Below, piece after piece: positions 43,329-54,711 of a DNA stretch of 64,000 bases. The stretch is from positions 544,001 through 608,000 of the forward strand of contig CAVZJB010000016.1 of the NCBI GenBank assembly GCA_963775425.1. The letters run 5' to 3'. A model generated the notes under the pieces. The model made no database searches and had not been told where the DNA came from. It saw only the letters and a list, made by a program, of their open reading frames with translations. The stretch's first letter is position 1. The number at the start of each line of letters is the position of its first letter. The translations under genes and the position numbers were made by a program. Source of the DNA: an uncultured delta proteobacterium. GTDB lineage: Bacteria; Myxococcota; UBA727; VGSZ01.

Positions 43329-43936
43329 GGATGCGATCCTCGACGTGGGGTGAGCCAGCTCACGCCTAGAGAATTGAGCGGGCAAACACAACCGCCGTCG
43401 CCGTCGAGAACCGCAGGTATTACACGGACCTACACAGCCCCGCGCGGGCGAAAGCCGGCGCGCATCTGGTCGCGGAGCGCTCGGGCACAGGCTCGCCTGC
43501 GCCGTCCGCCGCGGGCCGCGCCACCGCTGGCAGGTGGAGCGCGTACCGAAGGCGGCAGCGAGGAGCGGGAGCTGACCTGCGAAGTTGCAGCCTGCCGGTG
43601 CGTCGACGTCGGCGAGGCTGTGGTGCCGGTGGTGGAGCTGCGGCGTCGGCCGAAGCGGAAGCGCACGTTGGCGTGCAGCGGGATGGCCCACAGGGAGATG
43701 AAGGCGGCGCAGGCGCCGAAGGTCTGCTTCGAGAGCCGAGCGCGAACAGCGGCGCAAACTGGGCCGTGCGCGTGAGGATGACGTCGACGGGGTGGACGCG
43801 AGCGGTGCCGCGTGGCCGGGCTCGTCGTCGCCGGCACAAGCGCAAAGCCGGCGACGACGACGACAGCCCCGGCATCCCGGCGCCGACATGCGCGGGCCCG
43901 TGGAGCGATGCCGGGCGCGAACAACGGGCCGAACGA

Positions 43937-43961
43937 GGCGGGGGACGAGCCCCCGCCCTAC
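43937..43961 (-). repeat. GTAG-type REP palindrome, copy 1 (GTAGGGCGGGGGCTCGTCCCCCGCC)
   Basis: GTAG foot followed by an 8-bp GC stem with a 5-nt loop. Recurs at 44150 and 44884. Confidence 0.75.
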
Positions 43962-43977
43962 GCGGCGGCGAGAATCC

Positions 43978-44569
43978 GACGACGACAAGCCGCCGCGTGG
44001 CGCCACGCACGCGAAGCCGGCGACGACGACAAGTCGCCGCATGGCGGCACGCACGCGAAGCCGGCGACGACGACGACAGCCCCGGCATCCCGGCGCCGAC
44101 ATGCGCGGGCCCGTGGAGCGATGCCGGGCGCGAACAACGGGCCGAACGAGGCGGGGGGCGAGCCCCCGCCCTACGCGGCGGCGAGAATCCGACGACGACA
44201 AGCCGCCGCATGGCGCCACGCACGCGAAGCCGGCGACGACGACAAGTCGCCGCATGGCGCCACGCACGCGAAGCCGGCGACGACGACAAGCCGCCGCATG
44301 GCGCATGCACGCGAAGCCGGCGACGACGACAAGTCGCCGCATGGCGGCACGCACGCGAAGCTGGCGACGACGACGAGTCGCCGCATGGCGGCACGCACGC
44401 GAAGCGGCGACGACGACAAGCCGCCGCATGGCGGCACGCACGCGAGGCCGGCGAGGACGACAAGTCGCCGCATGGCGGCACGCACGCGAAGCCGGCGACG
44501 ACGACAAGCCGCCGCATGGCGGCACGCACGCGGGCGACGACGACAAGTCGCCACGCACGCGAAGCCGGG
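43978..44569. repeat. 44-bp hairpin-containing minisatellite, ~10 copies plus a truncated one
   Basis: Unit GACGACGACAAG(C/T)CGCCGCATGGCGGCACGCACGCGAAGCCGGC with an internal GCCGC-ATG-GCGGC inverted repeat. Confidence 0.9.
44150..44174 (-). repeat. GTAG-type REP palindrome, copy 2
   Basis: Same as copy 1 with one loop substitution. Confidence 0.75.
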
Positions 44570-44883
44570 GACGACGAGCCCGGCACCCGGGACCAACCAG
44601 GAAGGCGGCGACGACGAGCGCGGCACGGGAAGCGAGGCGGGGCGCGAACGAGGGGCCGGACGAGCCCCCTGCTCTCCTCGCGCCGCGCGTACAAAAGGCA
44701 CTCCGCGGAACAGATGAGATCGCCCGCGTGCTGCGCGAGACGCACGACGCCACGCGCGCCGCACGCCGCGTCGAGGCCGCGCGCGACGACGAGCCCGGCC
44801 CCCGGCACCAACCAGGAGCCCGGCGACGACAGGAGGCCGGCGACGAGCCCGGCGAGGCGGGGCGCGAACGACGGGTGGGACGA

Positions 44884-44907
44884 GGCGGGGGACGAGCCCC
44901 GCCCTAC
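44884..44907 (-). repeat. GTAG-type REP palindrome, copy 3
   Basis: GTAGGGCGGGGCTCGTCCCCCGCC on the minus strand, with a 1-nt deletion. Confidence 0.7.
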
Positions 44908-45152
44908 GCGCGCCTGGCGCTTCAGACCTACGCCGAGCTCCTCGAGGCGGGGGCCGTGCACCTGCCGGCGCTGCGCAGGCTCGTGCCGGACGACGACGAC
45001 AAGCCCCCAAGTGGAGACGCGGCGAAGGCGGCCGCCGCAGTCTGCTGCGAGGCCGCCTTCGCCGCGTCTCGGGGACCGCGTCATTCGGAGGAGCGATCGG
45101 TTCTCGCGAAAGCGCGAGCTCCGCGAGCGGGCGCACCGCGGCTGACGAACAA

Positions 45153-45196
45153 GCGGGGGGGCCCCACGCGGAGCGTGGGGGGGCCCGAAGGGCCCG
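45153..45196 (-). terminator. Double GC hairpin just downstream of gltC (possible terminator or stability element)
   Basis: GGGCCC-TTC-GGGCCC and CCCCACGC-TCC-GCGTGGGG stems about 25 nt after the stop. The U-tract is weak. Confidence 0.35.
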
Positions 45197-45220
45197 GCTG
45201 TCCGCGCGCGTCAGCGCGCA

Positions 45221-46813
45221 CTAATCGAAGCACTCGGTCTTGATGGTGAACTCGTAGTAGCCGAGCTCGTCGATCCAGTACTCGTTGCGGAACCACCAGA
45301 ACTGGAAGGTGTCGTCGGGGATGAAGGGGCGCGGCTGGCGCTTGCGCTGGGCGTTCACGATGGCCTTGCCCTGCTCGAGCCAGTCCGCCTCCGCCGTCTT
45401 GGTCTCGAGGGCCACGAGCGCGGCGCGGGTGGTGATGTCGCTCAGCTCGCCCGCCATGTCGCTGACCTTGGTCTTCAGGTACTTGCCGACGACGGCGAGG
45501 TAGGCGTCGCGGGTGTCGTTGGCGAAGTCCGTCATCTCACGGCCCATGTCGCTCTTGGCGAAGGTCTCGTTCTTGCCGAACACCTTCGCCTCGCGATCGA
45601 TCTCGTTGAGGAAGTCCTCCATCTTGGAGAACCGGGGATCCTTCGAGATGGCGAGGGCCACCTGGCGCGGCAGGAGGTCCTTGTTGGCGTCGGGGCTCTT
45701 GATGGACTTCTGCAGCAGCGGGTACCACTCGTCGAGCGAGAAGTTCTTGCCCACCATGTCCTGCAGGTGCTTGGTCATCGGCTCGTACGTGGCCTTGGTC
45801 TCGTCGATGATCGTGTTCACCCGGTCCCACTGGCAGTTGTAGTAGTAGATGATGGCCTGGAGGATCTGCGCCTCCGGGTAGAACTCGTCCTTGAAGTACG
45901 GCGCGTGCAGCGAGTGCAGCGCACCGAGCGCGCGGCCGTAGTCGTTGCCCTTGCCGCTCACGGCGTACGCCCACGCGCGCTCGAAGAGCGCCTCGGCCCA
46001 GTTGTCGGAGAAGCGCGGGATCTTGGTGAACTCGATCTGCGCGTTGCGCAGGCCGTCGGCGCGCTTGGGGTCGCCGTCGTCGAGCTGGTAGGCCTCTTCG
46101 TAGTAGGTGCGGCCGATGGCCAGGCCGGCGAGGTCCTTGAGCTCGAGGAGGCGCTTGTCGGTGGTGCCGTCGGGGACCGCGTGCCGCGCGCGCTCGAAGG
46201 CGTCGATGGCGTCGTCGTACTTGGGCGCGTAGTTGTCGCTGCGGCCGACGCCGAGGCGCACGAGGCCGATCATGTACTGCGCCTCGGGGTAGCTCGGGTT
46301 GCCCGGCTTCACGGTGCCGAGGAACTCCTTGGCGTCCTTGTAGTTGGCGCGGTTGAACGCGTAGCGGCCGAGGACGTAGTGGACCCGCTGGAGGATCTCG
46401 GGGTTCATGCGCTGCAGCGCCGGCGCGTTTTCGTTGGTGTAGATGGAGTCGAGGATCTGCGGGGTCTTCAGGTCGTCGTGGAGCTGCTCACCGACGTCGA
46501 CCAGGCCCTCCACGGCCTTGTCGAAGTGGGGGTGATCGTTGCCGACCTTGACGATGTCCTCGTAGTACTTGAGCGCCGCCAGCGGCAGCCCCAGCTTCTC
46601 GAACGACTTGGCGAGGCCGTACTGGGCCTCGGCGATGTCGCCCTGGTCGCCCTCCTCGCTGAAGCGCAGGACGGCGTAGAACTGCGCCGCCGCGACCTCG
46701 TAGTCCTGCTTTTTGAAGGCGCTGATGGCCTTGTCGATGTTCTGCGCCTGCGCCCCCTGCGAGGCGAGGAGCGCCCCGATGGCGACGATGACGGTTGCGC
46801 ACAGATTCTTCAT
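45221..46813 (-). CDS. gltC: Periplasmic TPR protein GltC-like
   Basis: Signal peptide, TPRs, ALFERAWAY, ALGALHSLHAPYF, and C-terminal WWFRNEYWIDELGYYEFTIKTEC. Confidence 0.85.
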   Translation of the reverse strand: MKNLCATVIVAIGALLASQGAQAQNIDKAISAFKKQDYEVAAAQFYAVLRFSEEGDQGDIAEAQYGLAKSFEKLGLPLAALKYYEDIVKVGNDHPHFDKAVEGLVDVGEQLHDDLKTPQILDSIYTNENAPALQRMNPEILQRVHYVLGRYAFNRANYKDAKEFLGTVKPGNPSYPEAQYMIGLVRLGVGRSDNYAPKYDDAIDAFERARHAVPDGTTDKRLLELKDLAGLAIGRTYYEEAYQLDDGDPKRADGLRNAQIEFTKIPRFSDNWAEALFERAWAYAVSGKGNDYGRALGALHSLHAPYFKDEFYPEAQILQAIIYYYNCQWDRVNTIIDETKATYEPMTKHLQDMVGKNFSLDEWYPLLQKSIKSPDANKDLLPRQVALAISKDPRFSKMEDFLNEIDREAKVFGKNETFAKSDMGREMTDFANDTRDAYLAVVGKYLKTKVSDMAGELSDITTRAALVALETKTAEADWLEQGKAIVNAQRKRQPRPFIPDDTFQFWWFRNEYWIDELGYYEFTIKTECFD

Positions 46814-46823
46814 GGTCGCTGCC

Positions 46824-47759
46824 TCAGAAGACGAACGAAACGCCGGCCTGGCCCAGCACGAGGTTGGTGACGTCGAAGCTCGGCCCGTCCGCGTCTTCGA
46901 CGTCCTGCTCCCGCACGGACAGCGGGATGACGTAGTCGCGCACCTCGAAGCGGACGCCGAGCCAGTCGGTGAAGTAGAAGCGGAGCCCGCCGCCGAACGT
47001 CGTCGACAGCGCCATGGTGGGGAGCGCGCCGAAGGTGGGCGGCAGGTTCACGTAGGCCTTCTGCACGCCGTTTTGCGTGAGGCTCTCGAGCTGCAGGCCG
47101 AACACGCCGGCGCCGACGGAGAGGTAGAGGTTGAACTGGCCCAGGACGAGGTCGTGGATGTCGACCTTGCCGTACAGCGGGCTCCACTGCGCGTCGCCGG
47201 CGACGACCCAGGGGAACTGGTAGAGCTTCACGCGCTCCGGGGCGAGCGCCTCCTTCTCACGCAGCTCGACGGTGAGCTCGCTGTCGCGGCCGCCGAAGCG
47301 CGGCCCGCCGACGTCCCACCAGCCGAACGCGCCGGCGGCGACCTCGAACGCGACGTTCTCCTGCAGGTGGTAGAGGCCCGACACGAGGATGCCCGTGTGC
47401 GACGTGAACGAGTCGTTCACGCTCTGCGCGAGCTGGGGCGCGACCTCGAACTTGCCCTTGGCGAGGAACGGCTTTCCCTGCACGACGTAGATGGTCTCTT
47501 CGACGGGCGCCTGCTGCGGCGGGGCGTCCCCCGCGCCGGACGCGGCCTTGTCGCCGCCGCCGGCGTCCGCGGGCTTGTCGGCGTCGCCCGCGTCGCCGGC
47601 GTCGCCGGAGTCGGAGGCGTCGCCGGCGTCGCCGGAGTCGGAGGCGTCGCCGGAGTCGCCGGAGTCGGGCGCCTTGTCGAGGACGTCATCCTGCGCGAAG
47701 GCGGCGCCGGCGGAGAGCACGGTGGTGGTGGCGAGGGCGAGGATCAGGTGCTTGGTCAT
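46824..47759 (-). CDS. Outer-membrane beta-barrel of the GltA/GltB (NfsA/B) family
   Basis: Signal peptide, IYVVQGKPF, VNDSF and QWSPLYGK motifs, C-terminal SFVF, and an acidic DSGDA repeat linker. Confidence 0.85.
   Translation of the reverse strand: MTKHLILALATTTVLSAGAAFAQDDVLDKAPDSGDSGDASDSGDAGDASDSGDAGDAGDADKPADAGGGDKAASGAGDAPPQQAPVEETIYVVQGKPFLAKGKFEVAPQLAQSVNDSFTSHTGILVSGLYHLQENVAFEVAAGAFGWWDVGGPRFGGRDSELTVELREKEALAPERVKLYQFPWVVAGDAQWSPLYGKVDIHDLVLGQFNLYLSVGAGVFGLQLESLTQNGVQKAYVNLPPTFGALPTMALSTTFGGGLRFYFTDWLGVRFEVRDYVIPLSVREQDVEDADGPSFDVTNLVLGQAGVSFVF
47581..47667. repeat. 9/27-bp imperfect repeat encoding a DSGDSGDASDSGDAG linker
   Basis: Visible in both DNA and protein. Confidence 0.7.
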
Positions 47760-47769
47760 CGGTTCGCCC

Positions 47770-48621
47770 TCAGAGAAGGAGGCTCAGCCCCACCTGGAGC
47801 ATGGTGTTGTTGGAGATGTCCGGGTAGCACTGCCTGTCCGTGCCGACGACGAGCGTGTAGCCGTTTTGACAGTCCTGCTCGTCGCGGGTCTCGTGCTCTT
47901 GCACGTTGGGGTTGAGGCCGTTGTAGTTGCGCAGCTCCGCGCGGAGCGCGACGTACTTCCACGGGATGAGGCGGACGCCGATGCCGTAGTTGGCCGAGAA
48001 ACGGATGCCGCCGTCCTCGAAGGCGCCGGGCGTGTTGAGCGCGCGCTGGATGCCCTCGGCGCCGCCGCCGAGCAGCGCGTAGAGCTGGAAGTTCAGGTCG
48101 TACTCGGAGACCGCCGAGATCTTCCCGTAGATCGGCGCCCACTGCACGTCTGCGCCCGCAAACCACGTCGTCATCCACATGTCGGGGAGCTGCGGCTCGC
48201 AAGTGGGGACGCCGGGGAAGCAGGGTAGGTTGTCGCGCAAGCGCTTGGCGCTGCTGCCGTCGTTGCGCACGTTGCCGACGATGCCGGTCTCCTGGCCGAG
48301 GAGGTAGCCGCCGAACCCCTCGAGGGCGAGCCAGTCGAAGAGGTGGAAGGCGATGGCGCCGTGGCCTCCGGTGTGCTGCACGTACTTGTCGTTGAACGAG
48401 TAGTCGAAGACACCCGTCAGCTCGAGACGGTACTGCATGGGGTACAGCTTGTTGGCGATGAGCGGGGTGCCCGGCCGCGGCGCGCGCTCCTCGACGCGCT
48501 GGAAGGTCTCCGGCGTGTTCTTGCCCCCCTTGTCGGGGGCGGCGTCGGCCGGCTTTTCATCCTGCGCGAGAGCAGGGGCCGCACATGCGGCGACGAGGGC
48601 GAGCAGGACTGCGCGGATCAT
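47770..48621 (-). CDS. Outer-membrane beta-barrel of the GltA/GltB (NfsA/B) family
   Basis: ATG 48621 and a signal peptide. FNDKY and QWAPIYGK motifs are shared with the downstream paralogue. Confidence 0.85.
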   Translation of the reverse strand: MIRAVLLALVAACAAPALAQDEKPADAAPDKGGKNTPETFQRVEERAPRPGTPLIANKLYPMQYRLELTGVFDYSFNDKYVQHTGGHGAIAFHLFDWLALEGFGGYLLGQETGIVGNVRNDGSSAKRLRDNLPCFPGVPTCEPQLPDMWMTTWFAGADVQWAPIYGKISAVSEYDLNFQLYALLGGGAEGIQRALNTPGAFEDGGIRFSANYGIGVRLIPWKYVALRAELRNYNGLNPNVQEHETRDEQDCQNGYTLVVGTDRQCYPDISNNTMLQVGLSLLL

Positions 48622-48656
48622 GAGGCTCCTCGAGATGCGGCTGCGCTTGTACCACT

Positions 48657-50521
<1,865 letters not shown>

Positions 50522-50536
50522 CTAGCACGGGCCGGG

Positions 50537-51004
50537 ATGTGGTGGAAGAAGTACGAGCCCTTGCTCGAGCAAAAACCGATCTCGGGGGCCGAGGCGGTGA
50601 AGGACCTCGTCGCCAGGGAGCTCGTGGAGATGCTCGAGGCATTCCCCCCGGACGAGGCCGACGTGGCGTGGGAGGACCCCGCGCTCGAAAAGCGGCTGCG
50701 CGGACGGCTGGCCGGGTTGCCGCGGCTCGACGCGCCCTTCGTGGAGCTGCTCGCGCGCATCGTCACCCTCGATCTGCAGCACGAGATCGAGGCCATCGAC
50801 CACACGATGCGAAACGACCTCCACCGCGAGGCGGCGCCCACCCCGGCCCACGTCGACGCGCTGCACATGCTGTGGCGCGCGGTGGTCGAGCAGCTCTACC
50901 AGAGGAAGGACGAGGCGCGCGGTGTCCTCAAGGGCAAGGACCTCGTCGACATCGTAGAGAAGATGCGCGCCCGCTTCGCCGCCCGCGCCGCCGTCAGAAC
51001 ATGA
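50537..51004 (+). CDS. Hypothetical protein
   Basis: ATG 50537 (MWWKKYEPLLEQKP...). Helical, with codon usage typical of the genome; divergent from eno. Confidence 0.7.
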   Translation: MWWKKYEPLLEQKPISGAEAVKDLVARELVEMLEAFPPDEADVAWEDPALEKRLRGRLAGLPRLDAPFVELLARIVTLDLQHEIEAIDHTMRNDLHREAAPTPAHVDALHMLWRAVVEQLYQRKDEARGVLKGKDLVDIVEKMRARFAARAAVRT

Positions 51005-52700
51005 AGCCCGCGCCGAGCGAGAACCCGGCGGTGAGGTTCAAGACGCTGCCGCCGTTGAGCTGCTCGAGCTGGCGTCCGACGAGCGCGAGCCGCGAGCCGC
51101 GCTCGCTGTAGGTGACGTTCACGCCCGTGGTCTGCCCGCGCACCTCGACGAAGAAGCCCGACGCGACGTCGAAGCGCCCCGCGATCGAGGCGTTCCAGCC
51201 GAGGGCCAGGGTCTTGGCGCCCGGGTTGTCCGGCGCCTCCTCGTAGAAGGTGAGCGGCAGTCCCTCGCCCCGCGCCTCCAGCTCCAGCCGGTGCGCGCCG
51301 AGCAGCACGGGGACGAACACCTCGAGCCCCACGCAGCCCGCGTGCAGCGTGTACCCCGGCACCACCGTCAGGTTCTGCTGCTGCCCGCCGACGTCGACGG
51401 TCTGGCTCTCGACGCTCGCGCCGAAGTAGCGGTAGCCCGCGCGCACGCCGAGGCCGATGCCGTTTTTCAGCGTGTAGCGCAGCTTCACGGCGCCGCCGGC
51501 GCGGGTCTGGATGGAGGTGAACTCCGCCGGCGTCACCGCGATGTCGCCGCCGCTGATCTTGAAGGGGACGGTGGCCACCGCGATCTCTCCATCCACGCCG
51601 AGCCACGGCAACGGCCACGCGTCCGCGAAGAAGCTCCCGCCCGGGTAGAACTTGGCGGCGACGCTGGTGTCGCCGACGCCGCCGCCATCGAAGCCGTAGT
51701 ACCAGGTGGCGCCGTCGAACGCGCCCGAGAGCGCGAAGCTGTGCGAGAGCTTGGGCGTGCCTTCGGCCGGCGCGTCCGCCGTGTCCTCGAGGTCGTCGAG
51801 CACCGCGTGCTTGTGGCCGTCCGCGTCGATCTCCACGCGCGCGATCTTCCGCGGTCCATCGTCGTCGAGGCGGGCGTGGTGCTTGTGCGACGAGGTGTGC
51901 GACGGGGTGTCGGCGGGGTCCGCGGAGCGGTTGAAGTCGAGGGGGCTCGCGTGGTGGTCGTCGCCCGCGTCGTGGACGACCTTGTGCGTGGGCGGGGGAT
52001 CGTCGTCGAGCACGCTGTGGACGACGGCGCGGCCGCGCGAGGAGCCGCCGTCGTCGTCCCCCTTGTGGCCCTTGGAGCTCGATGCGTGATCCTGGTCCTC
52101 GTCGACGAGCACCTCGTCGAGGATGCTGCCGCCGCCGCTCTTGGGCTTCTGCCGCTCGATGGGCCGCTGCGACGACCAGTGCTCGAGCGCGGGGCGCAGC
52201 GCGGAGGCGATGGAGCCCGCGGCCACATCGGGGGCGCTGCCGAGCGAGAGCTCGTCGAAGAAGCGCGCCCTGCCGTCCTTGCCGTACGCGGTGACGAGCA
52301 GCGCGTCCGGCGACTTGTCCCCGGGGCCGCGCTCGCCGCGCACGACGACGTCGACGTTGCGCGCGGCCATGGCGGCGCCGAGCGGACCCGGCTCGAAGGC
52401 CCGGCGGCCGCGCCGGTGCAGATCGCGCTCGAGCGGCCCCGCGTCGACGACCTCGATGCTCGCGACGAGCTCGAGCTCCAGCGCCAGCGCCTCCTGCGTG
52501 TCGGTGCCGCCGGCCCCCTTGCCGGTGAACGGCAGCACGGCGACGGCGAGCAGGCGGCTCGGCGCGCGGTGGTGCCTGCGGCGCGCCTCCGCCGGCCGCG
52601 CCGTCGTCAGGATGCTCACGCAGAGGAGAACGCCCGCGGCCCGGACGACCGTCGCCACTCGCACCGCCCGAGTGTAGCCGGCCGGCAGCTCCGAAATCAT
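50994..52700 (-). CDS. Secreted protein: N-terminal alpha/beta domain, His/Asp-rich linker, C-terminal beta-barrel
   Basis: Signal peptide, VAVLPFTG (TolB-N/CsgG-like), and amphipathic strands ending GAGFMF. Start is ATG 52700 or GTG 52664. Confidence 0.7.
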   Translation of the reverse strand: MISELPAGYTRAVRVATVVRAAGVLLCVSILTTARPAEARRRHHRAPSRLLAVAVLPFTGKGAGGTDTQEALALELELVASIEVVDAGPLERDLHRRGRRAFEPGPLGAAMAARNVDVVVRGERGPGDKSPDALLVTAYGKDGRARFFDELSLGSAPDVAAGSIASALRPALEHWSSQRPIERQKPKSGGGSILDEVLVDEDQDHASSSKGHKGDDDGGSSRGRAVVHSVLDDDPPPTHKVVHDAGDDHHASPLDFNRSADPADTPSHTSSHKHHARLDDDGPRKIARVEIDADGHKHAVLDDLEDTADAPAEGTPKLSHSFALSGAFDGATWYYGFDGGGVGDTSVAAKFYPGGSFFADAWPLPWLGVDGEIAVATVPFKISGGDIAVTPAEFTSIQTRAGGAVKLRYTLKNGIGLGVRAGYRYFGASVESQTVDVGGQQQNLTVVPGYTLHAGCVGLEVFVPVLLGAHRLELEARGEGLPLTFYEEAPDNPGAKTLALGWNASIAGRFDVASGFFVEVRGQTTGVNVTYSERGSRLALVGRQLEQLNGGSVLNLTAGFSLGAGFMF

Positions 52701-52738
52701 CGGTTGACCACCGGGCGAGCCGCGGCTACCGCGCCCCG

Positions 52739-53881
52739 ATGGCCGGCAAGACGTCGAAGCGGGCAAGCCCGCGCCGCGGGGGGCCGCCCCGCCGGCGTTC
52801 GCGCGCCGCGCAACCGAGCGCACAGCCGACCGCGGCGCCGGACCCCCGGGTCGTCGCGGTCACCGGCGCGTTCGGCAGCATCGGGCGTCGCGTGGTCCGG
52901 CTCCTCGAGCAGGATCCGGACGTCGAGCGGATCGTCGCCGTCGACGTCCGAAACGCCATGGAGCTCGCGGCGCGCGACGGCGAGCCCACCAATCCCAAGA
53001 GCTACCTGCAGGCGCACACGCGGTTGTCGGCGCACAGCGTCGACCTCACCGAGGCGGGCGCCGATCGCGAGCTCGCGGCGGTGCTGACGGCGGAGCGCGC
53101 GGGCTCGGTCATCCACCTGGCGTTCCTCTCCACGCCCACCCACGCGCACGAGATGGCCCACGAGCTCGAGACCATCGGCACGCTGTACGTGCTGCGGGCG
53201 GCGGCGGAGGCGCGGGCGGCGTCGTTGGTCTCCCTGTCGTCGTCGATGTGCTACGGCGCCCGCCCCGACAACCCCGCGTGGATCACGGAGGAGCAGCCGC
53301 TGCGCCCGCCCGACCACCGCGGCCTGCGCGACAAGGCCGAGGCCGACGGCGCCGTGCTCCGCTTCGGCGAGGAGCACGAGGACGTCGCCGTCGCCGTCGC
53401 CCGCGTCGGCGCCGTCCTCGGCACCGCGCCCGATCACTTCTGGACGCGCACCTTCGCGCGCCCCGTCGTTCCTGCGGTGCTCGGCTACGATCCGCTCCTG
53501 CAATTCCTGCTGCCGGATGACGCCGCCGAGGGCATCGTCGCCCTGTGGAAGGCGAGGGCGCGCGGAGCGTTCAACGTCGTCGGCCGCGGCGTGCTCCCGC
53601 TGTCGCACGTGCTCACGCGGCTCGGCCGCGCGCCGCTGTACCTGCCCGCGGGACTCGGCAAGAGCCTGGTGGGCGCGCTGTGGAGCGCGCAGCTCGTCGA
53701 GATGCCCAAGCACTTCCTCGACTTCCTGCGCTGGTCGTGGGTCTGCGACGGCGAGCGGCTGCGCAAGGAGACCGGCTTCTCCGCCGCCCACGACATCGCC
53801 ACCACCCTCGCCATCTTCCGCAGCACCCGCGGCAGCCCCTCGCTGCGCGCGCCGCCGGTGACGTTCGAGGAGGTCGCATGA
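52739..53881 (+). CDS. NAD-dependent epimerase/dehydratase family protein
   Basis: VAVTGAFGSIG, IHLAF and SSSMCYGARPDNP. Confidence 0.88.
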   Translation: MAGKTSKRASPRRGGPPRRRSRAAQPSAQPTAAPDPRVVAVTGAFGSIGRRVVRLLEQDPDVERIVAVDVRNAMELAARDGEPTNPKSYLQAHTRLSAHSVDLTEAGADRELAAVLTAERAGSVIHLAFLSTPTHAHEMAHELETIGTLYVLRAAAEARAASLVSLSSSMCYGARPDNPAWITEEQPLRPPDHRGLRDKAEADGAVLRFGEEHEDVAVAVARVGAVLGTAPDHFWTRTFARPVVPAVLGYDPLLQFLLPDDAAEGIVALWKARARGAFNVVGRGVLPLSHVLTRLGRAPLYLPAGLGKSLVGALWSAQLVEMPKHFLDFLRWSWVCDGERLRKETGFSAAHDIATTLAIFRSTRGSPSLRAPPVTFEEVA

Positions 53882-54711
53882 CGACGGCGCACGACGCGCA
53901 CAAGCGCGGCGCGGACAAGACGAGCTCCGACTGGCTCGACGAGGCGGGCTTCGATCCGTTCGGGCGCGACCCCGACATCGAGGCGCGCCTGCGCCCGTTC
54001 CTCGACGCCCTCGTCGACAAGGTCTTCAAGGTGCAGATCGAGGGCGCCGAGAACCTGCCCGCGGCGGGCCGCGTGCTGCTCGTCGCCAACCACGGCGGCG
54101 CGCTGCCGTGGGACGCGCTGGTGCTCTGCGTGGCGCTCTCGCGCTTCGGCCGCACCGTGCGCCCGCTCGTCGAGGACCCGGTGATGACGGCGCCGTTCCT
54201 CGGCACGCTGATGACCCGCCTCGGCTGTGTGCGCGCGAGCCAGGACAACGCCGTCCGCCTGCTCGAGCGCGAAGAGGCCGTGGCCGTGTTCCCCGAGGGC
54301 ATGCTCGGCCTCGGCAAGCTCTACCGGCGCCGCCACAAGCTCCAGCGCTTCGGCCGCGGCGGCTTCGTGCGGCTCGCGCACAAGACGGGCGCGCCGCTGT
54401 TGCCCATCGCCATCGTCGGCGCCGAGGACACGGCGCCGCTCCTCGGCAAGGTCGAGGTGTTCTTCCGCGGCAGCGGGCTGGTGCCGTACCTGCCGGTGAC
54501 GCCGACGTTCCCCCTGCTCGGGCCGCTCGGCCTGCTCCCCTTGCCGGCGCGCTGGCGCATCCGCATCGGCGCGCCCATCGATCCGAAGACCGCCCTCGCA
54601 AACGGCGCCGACGACATCTCCGTCGGCGAGCTGGCGTCGCAGGTGCGCACGCGGATCCAACACGACGTCGACGAGCTCGTAGAATCGCGGGGGAAGCAGG
54701 TATGGCTCTAA
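53878..54711 (+). CDS. Lysophospholipid/glycerol acyltransferase
   Basis: VANHGGALPWD (HxxxxxxD-type motif), VFPEG and RGGFVRLA. ATGA overlap with the upstream gene. Confidence 0.9.
   Translation: MTTAHDAHKRGADKTSSDWLDEAGFDPFGRDPDIEARLRPFLDALVDKVFKVQIEGAENLPAAGRVLLVANHGGALPWDALVLCVALSRFGRTVRPLVEDPVMTAPFLGTLMTRLGCVRASQDNAVRLLEREEAVAVFPEGMLGLGKLYRRRHKLQRFGRGGFVRLAHKTGAPLLPIAIVGAEDTAPLLGKVEVFFRGSGLVPYLPVTPTFPLLGPLGLLPLPARWRIRIGAPIDPKTALANGADDISVGELASQVRTRIQHDVDELVESRGKQVWL

Larger units (their letters stand above)
43845..44270. repeat. 213-bp direct tandem duplication (43845-44057 / 44058-44270)
   Basis: Two near-identical copies differing by a few substitutions. Confidence 0.9.

Noticed and set aside
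43978-44569. CRISPR array
   Set aside because: The repeats are head-to-tail with no unique spacers, and there are no cas genes in the window.
43420-45243. Long ORFs on both strands across the repeat region, and the 475-aa N-terminal extension of gltD
   Set aside because: The frames are open only because the GC-rich repeat lacks stops. The 44-bp unit cycles through all frames and the translations are Arg/Ala junk. GltD has a proper signal peptide at 43328.
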